From Alkalispirochaeta sp. (lineage in GTDB: Bacteria; Spirochaetota; Spirochaetia; DSM-27196; Alkalispirochaetaceae), in the NCBI GenBank assembly GCA_965242725.1, contig CBDESZ010000033.1, forward strand, positions 1 to 27,424: 27,424 nt of DNA, read 5' to 3'. Below are positions 17,826-26,106 of this stretch, piece by piece. Made by a program: the position numbers and the translations under genes. The notes beneath the pieces are model-generated. The model ran no database searches and was not told the DNA's origin. It worked only from the letters and a program-made list of their open reading frames with translations. How positions within the stretch are numbered: the first letter of the stretch is position 1; each line of letters opens with the position of its first letter.

Positions 17826-18916
17826 CGGGGACGCCGAGGGTATCCCGACGCGCCCCGGAACGGGGCGTTGTCGCCGCCGTTCTCCTTGGCATACTGATCG
17901 CTGGATCCGGGTCGATACACGTCTCAGCGGAGGTGCGTACCACCGTCTCCATTGACGCGTACAACTCCCTTACCATAACCGGGAACGATTCAACGGCGTC
18001 CAGTTTCGCCCGGGGTGAGATCGATTTTGAGAGCGTCGGAGGAGGCGACGTGCGCAGCCGGCTGCAATTGCGGGCGCTGATACCCGACCCGCAGGACTCT
18101 ACCGCAACGGAAATCTCCATTCCCCGTGCGGAAGTACGCTGGCGGATGGTGGTCGGGGAGTCCTATCGCGTTCGATTTACCGCCGGACGGAGTCGGCTCA
18201 CATGGGGCGACGGTGTCCTTTTCAACGCTGCCGACACCATCAACGGGGCCCGTCCGGGGAAGGCCGATCTGACGGCGGATGTGCTGCGGGACGAGACACA
18301 GTGGCTTGTGGCCGGATATCTTCCCCTCGGGCGTTTCGCCTTTCTGGAACCGGTCGTTCTGGTCCCACCCGCCGCTCCGGCGTGGCATACCGCTGCCGGG
18401 AGCCGCCTGCAGTTCAAAATGGGCCAGATCAAGACGGAGGTCGCGTACCTCTACCGGGGGGATGAAGAGATCCACCAGCCGTCGTTGGCCCTGCAGGGGA
18501 ATGTCGGCGTGGACTGGTATCTGGGCCTTTCCCTCCGGCTCCCTGATCACCCTTCTGAAGAACTCTTCGCGTCTGGAGGATTGTTCTATCAGGGAAACAA
18601 CCGGCGCATCGGCGGATGGTCCGTCAGGTTCGAGTCGCTCTGGGAACAGCGGGGGGAAGGGTTCCATATCTATCCCGAGCTCACCTGGTCTCCGAGCCAG
18701 CTCTTTTCCCTCTTTCTTCGGCACGAATCGAAAATCGTTGAAAACGCGGAACTCGTAACGGTGGACGACACGGCCTCTACGACGACCCTTGGCCTGGGAT
18801 GGACGCCGACGACGGGATTTACCCTCTCCCTGTACGCAACGGCGTCGACCAACACACCGCTCCCTGATGACGACACGTCCGGAACCGTGACGGCGGCGGT
18901 CTCATACGTCTTTTGA
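17819..18916 (+). CDS. Putative outer-membrane beta-barrel protein
   Basis: Signal peptide, alternating amphipathic strands, FTAGRSRLTWGDG motif, C-terminal beta-signal AAVSYVF; GGAGGAG RBS and 7-nt overlap with the upstream gene. Confidence 0.6.
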   Translation: MVAGTPRVSRRAPERGVVAAVLLGILIAGSGSIHVSAEVRTTVSIDAYNSLTITGNDSTASSFARGEIDFESVGGGDVRSRLQLRALIPDPQDSTATEISIPRAEVRWRMVVGESYRVRFTAGRSRLTWGDGVLFNAADTINGARPGKADLTADVLRDETQWLVAGYLPLGRFAFLEPVVLVPPAAPAWHTAAGSRLQFKMGQIKTEVAYLYRGDEEIHQPSLALQGNVGVDWYLGLSLRLPDHPSEELFASGGLFYQGNNRRIGGWSVRFESLWEQRGEGFHIYPELTWSPSQLFSLFLRHESKIVENAELVTVDDTASTTTLGLGWTPTTGFTLSLYATASTNTPLPDDDTSGTVTAAVSYVF

Positions 18917-18948
18917 TTCGTACCAGCTAACAAATTTATCAATTTTTG

Positions 18949-18978
18949 TTGGCACGGGTATACCGACGTATCTATACT
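18949..18978 (+). promoter_or_regulatory. Probable sigma70 promoter of the MCP gene
   Basis: TTGGCA (18949-18954), 18-nt spacer, TATACT (18973-18978); ATG follows after 7 nt. Confidence 0.5.
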
Positions 18979-18985
18979 CATAGGT

Positions 18986-20785
18986 ATGAAAAAAATTAGA
19001 ACCAGGGCGCTGGTGGGGGTCGTCGTCCCCATGGCCGCCTACATAGTCGGTGGACTTATGCTGTTTATCAACCTTGAAGAGATGGTCGTCCACTCCCGCA
19101 TGATGTATGAAAACGACTTTCTCGCCATGAACAGCCTCATAGAAGCCGACAGGGACGCATATCAATCACGGCTCGCCCTTCTCAATTTCATTACCGGTGA
19201 TACCCCGGAGTTCTCCGGTACGACATCCGACCTTGAAGGGGACATCATTGAAAACCGTAACCAGGTCCTGGAACGATTCACGATCTTTGAAGAGCTCTCG
19301 GGTATTCCGTCGGACCACCCGCGCATTGCGGAATTTCACCGGGAATACGAAATATGGCGGCAAGAGACGGAACAACTGATCCAGCTCGTACGGGCCGGTC
19401 GCTTTACCGTCGCCCGAACGGCCTATCTCAGCGGCGGATATTCAAATGCCTTCGACACCTTTCGCGGAGCCATTGATGAACTCACCGGAATTTCCCTGGA
19501 GCGTGCGGAAGCGATGCACGACCAGATTCTCAACCACGCGCATACCGTCAGACTCGTCTTCCTCGTTACGACGATCGTCGTCCTGGCCTCCTTCTTCGTT
19601 CTCGTCTGGGTCATCCTCCGACTGATCCTTGCGCCTCTCAGACGCACCACCGAGATCATGCGGGAAATGTCCAGCGGTGAAGCGGACCTCACCCAGCGCC
19701 TCAACATCGACCGTTCCGACGAAATCGGCGAGCTGTCCCGCTATTTCGATTCATTTCTTGAAAGCATCGCGACGATCGTGCGGGAAGTGGCGGCCGTCTC
19801 CTCCGACGCCGCCCGTGTGAAGGACGAGACCGCGGCCGAGGTGACTCAGTCGACGGCGGCGGTGGAGGAGATCGGGGCAAATATCGCCACCATTACCAGC
19901 CGCGCCCAGGTGCTCGATACCAGCACCGACACGACGGCCACCTCGGTGGAGGCGATCGGGACCGCCCTCGTCGATCTGAAAGAGCATGTTGCATCCCAGT
20001 CGTCGGCGATTGAAGAATCAACGGCGGCGGTTGTGGAGATGATCGCCTCTCTCAACACCATCGCGGACGTATCGGCAAAGCGCCTCCAGGGACTGTCGCA
20101 CCTTGACCAGGCGATCGCCGACGGGTCCGATGCGGTGAATTCGACCGTATCAATCCTCAACAAAATTTCCGGAAGCATCTCGTCCATACGGGAAATTACC
20201 GATGTCATCGCGTCAATTTCCGCACAGACCAACCTGCTCGCCATGAACGCCGCCATAGAGGCGGCCCATGCCGGTGATGCAGGTCGGGGATTTTCAGTGG
20301 TTGCCGCGGAAATTCGCAAACTCGCCGAGTCTTCCAACAGCCAGTCCAAGAATATCGGCACCCTCCTCCAGGAAGTGATCGGTGAAATCGAGGCGGTTGA
20401 CTCGGCGGGGCGTCTCACGGGATCCGCCTTTTCCGATGTGACGGAGCAGGTCAACGGCCTCAAGTCGGCGTTGCAGGAGATCAGCGGCGGCATTGACGAA
20501 CTGCGGACCGGCGGGTCTCAAATCAATTCGGCCATGACGGAAATCAGGGACGCCTCCCATGCACTGTCGGAACGGACGGACCGTATCGATTCTTCGCAGA
20601 CACGTATCGCCGAGGAAACGCAGTCGGTTCGCCGACTTTCCACTGAAATAACCGGGGGGCTGAACGAGATCAACGTCGGCGCCGGTGAGATCAACAAAGC
20701 AATGGAAGAACTTACCCAGTCTATAACGACGCTGTCCGATCTTATCGGCAGACTTGACGGCCAGGTCGGCCGCCTTATCGTATAG
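18986..20785 (+). CDS. Methyl-accepting chemotaxis protein (four-helix-bundle sensor, HAMP, signalling domain)
   Basis: Two TM helices around a helical periplasmic domain ([10 protein letters not shown]); HAMP DLTQRL..DEIGELS; hairpin tip [35 protein letters not shown]. Confidence 0.95.
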   Translation: MKKIRTRALVGVVVPMAAYIVGGLMLFINLEEMVVHSRMMYENDFLAMNSLIEADRDAYQSRLALLNFITGDTPEFSGTTSDLEGDIIENRNQVLERFTIFEELSGIPSDHPRIAEFHREYEIWRQETEQLIQLVRAGRFTVARTAYLSGGYSNAFDTFRGAIDELTGISLERAEAMHDQILNHAHTVRLVFLVTTIVVLASFFVLVWVILRLILAPLRRTTEIMREMSSGEADLTQRLNIDRSDEIGELSRYFDSFLESIATIVREVAAVSSDAARVKDETAAEVTQSTAAVEEIGANIATITSRAQVLDTSTDTTATSVEAIGTALVDLKEHVASQSSAIEESTAAVVEMIASLNTIADVSAKRLQGLSHLDQAIADGSDAVNSTVSILNKISGSISSIREITDVIASISAQTNLLAMNAAIEAAHAGDAGRGFSVVAAEIRKLAESSNSQSKNIGTLLQEVIGEIEAVDSAGRLTGSAFSDVTEQVNGLKSALQEISGGIDELRTGGSQINSAMTEIRDASHALSERTDRIDSSQTRIAEETQSVRRLSTEITGGLNEINVGAGEINKAMEELTQSITTLSDLIGRLDGQVGRLIV

Positions 20786-20798
20786 AAGGGAGTCGTCT

Positions 20799-20828
20799 TT
20801 GACCCCGGGGATCGAAATTCGGTATACT
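20799..20828 (+). promoter_or_regulatory. Sigma70 promoter of carD
   Basis: TTGACC (20799-20804), 18-nt spacer, TATACT (20823-20828); ATG follows after 7 nt. Confidence 0.65.
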
Positions 20829-20835
20829 GTCGTCA

Positions 20836-21411
20836 ATGAGTACAAGCGGAAAGGGCACAGAGACGACCTTCCAGAAGTCCCAGCGGGTGGTGTATCCCCT
20901 TCAGGGTGTCGGTCAGATCACGGAAATAATCGAAATGGATTTCAAAGGGGAGAAGACGCTTTATTATGTCATTTATCTTCCCGTTTCGGATATGACGGTG
21001 AAAATCCCCGTTGATCGGGCGGAGGAGCACGGAATACGGGCGATCGTCCCCAAAGAAGAGGCGGAAGCCGCATTGGAGCTCTTTACGGAAGAGTTTGAAC
21101 CCATTCCCGCCGACTGGAAAATGCGTTATCAAATGAATCTTGATCTCCTCAAGAAGGGGTCGATTCGGGATATCGCTTCGGTTGTACGGACGTTGTACGC
21201 CCGGAAGAAAGTGAAAGAGCTGCCCATCATGGAGCGGAAACTCTACGACAGCGCCCTGCAGCTCCTTGTGGATGAGGTTTCTTTTTCACTCGGCCTGAAG
21301 ACCAAAGAGGTGGAGGAGCTCGTATTCAGCAAGCTTGAGGTCGATTCCGGCGACTCCGACGACGATGATGACATCGTCCTGGACGACGAGGACCTGGACG
21401 ACGACGAATAA
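20836..21411 (+). CDS. carD: CarD/CdnL family RNA polymerase-binding transcription factor with an acidic tail
   Basis: VVYPLQGVGQI, MTVKIPV, GIRAI, conserved Trp in ADWKMRY, ERKLYDSA..LLVDEVS; C-terminal DSDDDDDIVLDDEDLDDDE. Confidence 0.9.
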   Translation: MSTSGKGTETTFQKSQRVVYPLQGVGQITEIIEMDFKGEKTLYYVIYLPVSDMTVKIPVDRAEEHGIRAIVPKEEAEAALELFTEEFEPIPADWKMRYQMNLDLLKKGSIRDIASVVRTLYARKKVKELPIMERKLYDSALQLLVDEVSFSLGLKTKEVEELVFSKLEVDSGDSDDDDDIVLDDEDLDDDE

Positions 21412-22072
21412 GAGCGATTATTGGGACATCGTCTTTGCCGACATTCGTGATGCCATCGGCGCGTATCGCGCCGGCGTTCAGGAGTCGGTCGATACCCATC
21501 GGGAAGAGAGACTCGACCCGTTTCACGTACTTCTTTCAACAGTTATAAGCCTCCGCACCCGTGACGAGGTCACAATCCCCGCGACAAAGAGGCTCCTGGA
21601 ACGTGCGCCCACGCCCTGCGATCTTTCCCTCCTTCCCGAGGAAGAGGTCGCGGAACTGATCTATCCTGCCGGCTTTTATCGCACAAAAGGTCGGAACCTC
21701 ATCAGAATCGCCGAAATCCTGGTGGAACGATACGCCGGAGAGGTGCCTGCGACCGTTGAGGAGCTGACCGGTCTTCCCGGTGTCGGACGCAAGACGGCAA
21801 ATCTCGTTCTCGGTCTCGGATTTGCCGTACCTGCGATTTGTGTGGATATTCACGTCCACCGTATATCCAATCGCCTCGGCTGGGTGACTACGGCGAGCCC
21901 CGAGGCGACTGAACAATCACTCATGAAGTGCGTTCCGCAACGCTTCTGGATCCCCATGAATCAGTGGCTTGTCGGATTCGGACAAAAAATATGCACCCCC
22001 CGGAGTCCCCGGTGTACCCGGTGTCCCCTGGAGAGTGCATGTCCAAAAACCGGTGTTCTCCGTCACCGGTAA
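21368..22072 (+). CDS. nth: Endonuclease III (HhH-GPD glycosylase with 4Fe-4S cluster)
   Basis: DPFHVLLSTVISLRTRD, IYPAGFYRTK, LPGVGRKTANLV, VDIHVHRISNRLG, C-x6-C-x2-C-x5-C. Start uncertain (ATG 21365 or 21368, overlapping carD). Confidence 0.9.
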   Translation: MTSSWTTRTWTTTNKSDYWDIVFADIRDAIGAYRAGVQESVDTHREERLDPFHVLLSTVISLRTRDEVTIPATKRLLERAPTPCDLSLLPEEEVAELIYPAGFYRTKGRNLIRIAEILVERYAGEVPATVEELTGLPGVGRKTANLVLGLGFAVPAICVDIHVHRISNRLGWVTTASPEATEQSLMKCVPQRFWIPMNQWLVGFGQKICTPRSPRCTRCPLESACPKTGVLRHR

Positions 22073-22084
22073 CGGAACTGTTCC

Positions 22085-22789
22085 CTATTTTTCCCTGATC
22101 AGCAGTGTCCGGCTGTCAAGCTCCAGATGAAGATCCTCGGTGCGGTACGTCTCGTGGTCCTTCACGAGCTGCAGCTTCAGGTGATCGTCTTCCGGGGTCA
22201 GGGTGATAAGCACGGCGATATTGTCTATAAAGGGACCGAGAACTCCGGGGATGCCGTTCTCATCGACCCGCGGGTCGTCGCGGTGGGTTGATGCGGTAAA
22301 CCAGACCACCAGATTGTGTTCCCGGGCAAAGTCCCGTATCGCCTTCAGCGTCTCGGGTTCACCGTTGGAGAAGTCATAACCGTCCACAACGATCGTGTCG
22401 GCACGAAACTGGCCGTCGGAGATAAGGGCGGAAATGCTCCTGAGGAGCTGCTCACGGGTCACACCGTGCTGGTTGAAGTTCAGAATGACCCGATTCTTTA
22501 TCAACTCATCGTGGATGTCCATCGCCCCTTCCAGGGAGCGCTTTTTTGCAATTTCTCCGAATATGTCTTCGTACCAGCTGATGATATGGTCGGTCCGACC
22601 CGAAAATGATACGTGAATGACGTGGTTGTCCTGCAGCAACTGATCGGTCGCGATGTGTACGAGACACGCCGTCTTGCCGGTGCCTTTTCTCGCCGCGATG
22701 ACACCGATATTGCCTTTACCTACCCCTCCGTGTATTGACTTCTCCAATATCCGGAGGGGACTTCGTTCAATTAGTTCTTTCTTGACCAT
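22085..22789 (-). CDS. Uncharacterised RecA/KaiC/DnaB-fold P-loop ATPase
   Basis: SIHGGVGKGNIGVIAARKGTGKT Walker A region, VIHVSF, Walker B TIVVDG; RBS AAGGAG; starts 12 nt after the fusA stop. Confidence 0.75.
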   Translation of the reverse strand: MVKKELIERSPLRILEKSIHGGVGKGNIGVIAARKGTGKTACLVHIATDQLLQDNHVIHVSFSGRTDHIISWYEDIFGEIAKKRSLEGAMDIHDELIKNRVILNFNQHGVTREQLLRSISALISDGQFRADTIVVDGYDFSNGEPETLKAIRDFAREHNLVVWFTASTHRDDPRVDENGIPGVLGPFIDNIAVLITLTPEDDHLKLQLVKDHETYRTEDLHLELDSRTLLIREK

Positions 22790-22801
22790 GTCGCGTGCTC
22801 C

Positions 22802-24889
22802 TTACTTGTTCCCTTCTTGTTTGGCTTTCAGGTATTTTGCGCGAAGCTCCTCTGCAATACTTTGAGGCACTTTTCCGTATTTCGCAAATTCCATCGAGTA
22901 CTCCGCCTTACCCTGCGTGAGAGAGCGCAATACCGTGGAAAAGCCAAACATCTCCGCCAGGGGAACTTCCGCTTCCACAACACTGAAAAGCCCATCTTCA
23001 TTGGAAGCGATTATGACACCGCGCCGCTGATTCAATGTGGCAAAGATATTTCCCTGAAACTCAGTCGGTCCTTCCACGACGACCTTCATAATCGGCTCAA
23101 GAGCGATGGGTTTCGCCTTTTCATAGACGTTACGAAAGGCGCCGATACCGGCCGTCTGAAAAGCCTGGTCCGAGGAGTCGACGGGGTGAGTCGATCCGTC
23201 GTTGATCAACGCCCGGATACCCACAACGGGATAGCCGATGTACGTACCCTTCTCCATGGCGATCTGCATACCCTTGTCCACGGAAGGAATGTACTCATTG
23301 GGAATGACACCACCCTTGATCTGATTGACGAACTCGTAGTTGCTCTCTTCATTGGGCTCGATGTACCCCGCGACGCGACCAAACTGACCGCTACCACCGG
23401 TCTGCTTTTTGTGAGTGTAGTTGAACTCCGCACGCTGGCTGATCGTTTCCCGATAGGCAACCTGGGGCATACCCGTTTCGACTTCCGCCTTGTACTCCCG
23501 CTTCATCCGCTCGACGTAGACGTCGAGATGAAGCTCACCCATTCCCTGAATGATCGTCTCATTGCTTTCATCGTCCACATAACTGCGGAACGTCGGGTCC
23601 TCTTTGACGAAGCGTCCGATGGCCTTGCCCATACGATCAGCCGCCGCCTTGTCCTTCGGCTTGATCGCCAGGGAAATGACGGGGTTGGGTACGTACATGG
23701 AGGTCATGGAGACGTTAATGTCGGGATGGCAGAAGGTGTCCCCTGAGGCACAGTCAATACCGAACAACGCGACGATGTCGCCACTGCCGGCTTCGTTGAT
23801 GTCCTCCATATGATTTGCGTGCATGCGGATCAGGCGCCCTACTTTGAACTTCTTCCGAGTCCGAACGTTGTAGAGATCGGCGCCCTTTTTCACAAGACCC
23901 TGATAAATGCGGATGTAGGTGAGCTGCCCGTACTGCCCGTCTTCCAGCTTGAACGCCAGCGCTACCGTCGGCTTCTCGTCGTCGGAGATGGTGATGTACT
24001 CTTCCTCACCTTTGTCGATATTGACTGCTTTGTTGGTGATATCAAGCGGTGACGGCAGATAGTTGATGACTGCATTCAGGAGCGTCTGGACACCCTTGTT
24101 CTTGTAGGCGCTTCCAACGTAGACGGGACAGAGCTCGTTGGCAATGACGGCCTTCCGGATTGCGGCGTTGATCTGCCCCTCCGTTGCCGTCCCTTCCAGG
24201 GCAGCTTCCATCAGTTCTTCATCGAACATCGACACTGCATCAAGTAGCTTTTCCCGATACTCTTCAGCCTGGTCCGCCAGTTCCGCGGGAATATCCGCTT
24301 CCCTGATGATCTCGCCGGCGTCACCTTCAAAGTAGACCGCCTTCATTTTGACGAGATCCACGTTGCCGACGTGCTTGTCTTCCAGACCGATCGGCAGCTG
24401 TGCCATCACCGCGTTGAGACCAAGCTTATCTTCCAGTTGCTGTCGAACCTTTAACGGATCGGCGCCGGTGCGGTCACATTTGTTGACAAAGGCGAGCCGC
24501 GGTACCTGATAACGCTTCAGCTGCCGGTCCACCGTGATGGACTGGGACTGAACGCCGGCGACGGAGTCAAGGATCAGAATGGCACCGTCGAGGACACGCA
24601 GGGCGCGTTCAACTTCTATAGTGAAGTCGACGTGCCCCGGGGTATCGATGATGTTAATGGGGTGATCTTTCCACGTGACGTTTGTCGCCGCCGACTGGAT
24701 CGTGATGCCCCGCTCCCGTTCCAGTTCCATGGAATCCATTGTGGCACCGACACCGTCTTTTCCGCGAACTTCGTGTATCGCGTGAATTTTTTCCGTATAA
24801 AATAAAATACGCTCTGTAAGCGTCGTCTTGCCGCTGTCAATGTGCGCGGATATTCCGATATTGCGCATTTTTGCCAGTTTTTCGCTCAT
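22802..24889 (-). CDS. fusA: Elongation factor G (spd/mitochondrial EF-G1 type)
   Basis: [86 protein letters not shown] is typical of the EF-G1 clade. Confidence 0.97.
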   Translation of the reverse strand: MSEKLAKMRNIGISAHIDSGKTTLTERILFYTEKIHAIHEVRGKDGVGATMDSMELERERGITIQSAATNVTWKDHPINIIDTPGHVDFTIEVERALRVLDGAILILDSVAGVQSQSITVDRQLKRYQVPRLAFVNKCDRTGADPLKVRQQLEDKLGLNAVMAQLPIGLEDKHVGNVDLVKMKAVYFEGDAGEIIREADIPAELADQAEEYREKLLDAVSMFDEELMEAALEGTATEGQINAAIRKAVIANELCPVYVGSAYKNKGVQTLLNAVINYLPSPLDITNKAVNIDKGEEEYITISDDEKPTVALAFKLEDGQYGQLTYIRIYQGLVKKGADLYNVRTRKKFKVGRLIRMHANHMEDINEAGSGDIVALFGIDCASGDTFCHPDINVSMTSMYVPNPVISLAIKPKDKAAADRMGKAIGRFVKEDPTFRSYVDDESNETIIQGMGELHLDVYVERMKREYKAEVETGMPQVAYRETISQRAEFNYTHKKQTGGSGQFGRVAGYIEPNEESNYEFVNQIKGGVIPNEYIPSVDKGMQIAMEKGTYIGYPVVGIRALINDGSTHPVDSSDQAFQTAGIGAFRNVYEKAKPIALEPIMKVVVEGPTEFQGNIFATLNQRRGVIIASNEDGLFSVVEAEVPLAEMFGFSTVLRSLTQGKAEYSMEFAKYGKVPQSIAEELRAKYLKAKQEGNK

Positions 24890-24939
24890 TATTACTCTTC
24901 CCTTATTGTAATTTCTTGCCTGCTTTACGTGCGAACGCC

Positions 24940-24968
24940 ACTATATAGAGGAGACCGATTTCCTTCAA
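24940..24968 (-). promoter_or_regulatory. Probable sigma70 promoter of the fusA-ATPase unit
   Basis: Minus strand TTGAAG (24968-24963), 17-nt spacer, TATAGT (24945-24940). Confidence 0.6.
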
Positions 24969-24989
24969 GACCGTCGGAGAGGCCGAATC

Positions 24990-26087
24990 TTACTGATAGT
25001 CGTTGAAAAACAGTGCGTAAATAGCCTGAACGTGTTTTTTATGAAGCGGGAGGGCTTCCTCCCCAAGTTCGCCGTTTACTTGCTCCAACACAGCATCTGC
25101 CGGAAGATCCGGACTTTCCGTTTTTAACTCGACAACGCGGGAAATTGTCTCGGGCGCTACATCCTTGAGGGTACCAAAAATATTCCTCGAAGCCAATACC
25201 ACCGAGCCCCGTCTCAAACGAATAAACTGGTCGGTCAATAGACGATACTCTTCTCCGACCTCAGCAAATTTCTCGTTCATCTCCTGCTGCACGCCGTCGA
25301 TGTTCTCGCCGATCTCTTTGACCGCCGCCTCGCCACGGCGAACAATGCGATTCGCCAGGAGCGTTCCCTGTCGCTTTGCGTCTGCAAGGGCCTCTGTGAG
25401 GGCATCGTATTGCTCTTCCATAGTGGTGCGAATCCCTGTCTCCATCGTTTCATCCCGCCTGCGGCTCTCTGCTGACTGCCGAGCGAGATCCGCGGCGACG
25501 CGGTCAATCAGGTCCCGCAACTCGATAATCTGCTGGGCGAGGTACTGGGGATCAGAGCTTTGAATATATGCGGCGGGATTGTCGACAGCCCGGACAATGC
25601 GGTCAAGAAACTGTTCGTGAGAGAGAAAGGCTCCGTTAATACGGACCGCCAGATTGTCGACAAGGAGACGAAAATCATATGCCGGTGCTTCATCAAAGGA
25701 GAATTGCATGCCCGACGGCATATAGCGGACGTAGGAGCGACCGTTTATGGTGAAACGATCGGGAATGACGATTGCCGTCGCCCGATTGGCATCAAAAATG
25801 ATACGGACGCTCTCCGGCCCAAGGCCTTCCATACGGGCGACGATTTCGGTGAGTGTGTCTACGGCGCGCACCCGCGCTTCCCGGAGCGATCCTATCATGG
25901 ATACGGAAAAGGAGAGCCCATCGGCGGAGCGCACGTCATACACGGGAAGTCCCGCTTCGGTACGGGAAGAGACTACCTCATATCCTGCCGCCTCAAACTC
26001 CGCCCGGACTCCTTCATTTGCGCTCTGGGCGCCGACGAGTGCGGCGACAAGAAATATGACGATGATCGTGAACGCCTTTTTATACAT
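24990..26087 (-). CDS. Exported hypothetical protein with N-terminal alpha/beta region and long coiled coil
   Basis: Signal peptide MYKKAFTIIVIFLVAALVGA; heptad-rich central part; RBS AGGAG. Confidence 0.7.
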   Translation of the reverse strand: MYKKAFTIIVIFLVAALVGAQSANEGVRAEFEAAGYEVVSSRTEAGLPVYDVRSADGLSFSVSMIGSLREARVRAVDTLTEIVARMEGLGPESVRIIFDANRATAIVIPDRFTINGRSYVRYMPSGMQFSFDEAPAYDFRLLVDNLAVRINGAFLSHEQFLDRIVRAVDNPAAYIQSSDPQYLAQQIIELRDLIDRVAADLARQSAESRRRDETMETGIRTTMEEQYDALTEALADAKRQGTLLANRIVRRGEAAVKEIGENIDGVQQEMNEKFAEVGEEYRLLTDQFIRLRRGSVVLASRNIFGTLKDVAPETISRVVELKTESPDLPADAVLEQVNGELGEEALPLHKKHVQAIYALFFNDYQ

Positions 26088-26106
26088 ACCTATTCTCCTG
26101 CACCGG

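Noticed and set aside
18950..18966. Sigma54 promoter at TGGCACG upstream of the MCP
   Set aside because: The -12 TTGC element is missing (TACC at that position).
21350..21408. GAC/GAT short tandem repeats as a repeat array or CRISPR
   Set aside because: Simply encode the poly-Asp tail of CarD; no repeat-spacer structure anywhere in the window.
22817..23746. 309-aa plus-strand ORF
   Set aside because: Antisense shadow of fusA.
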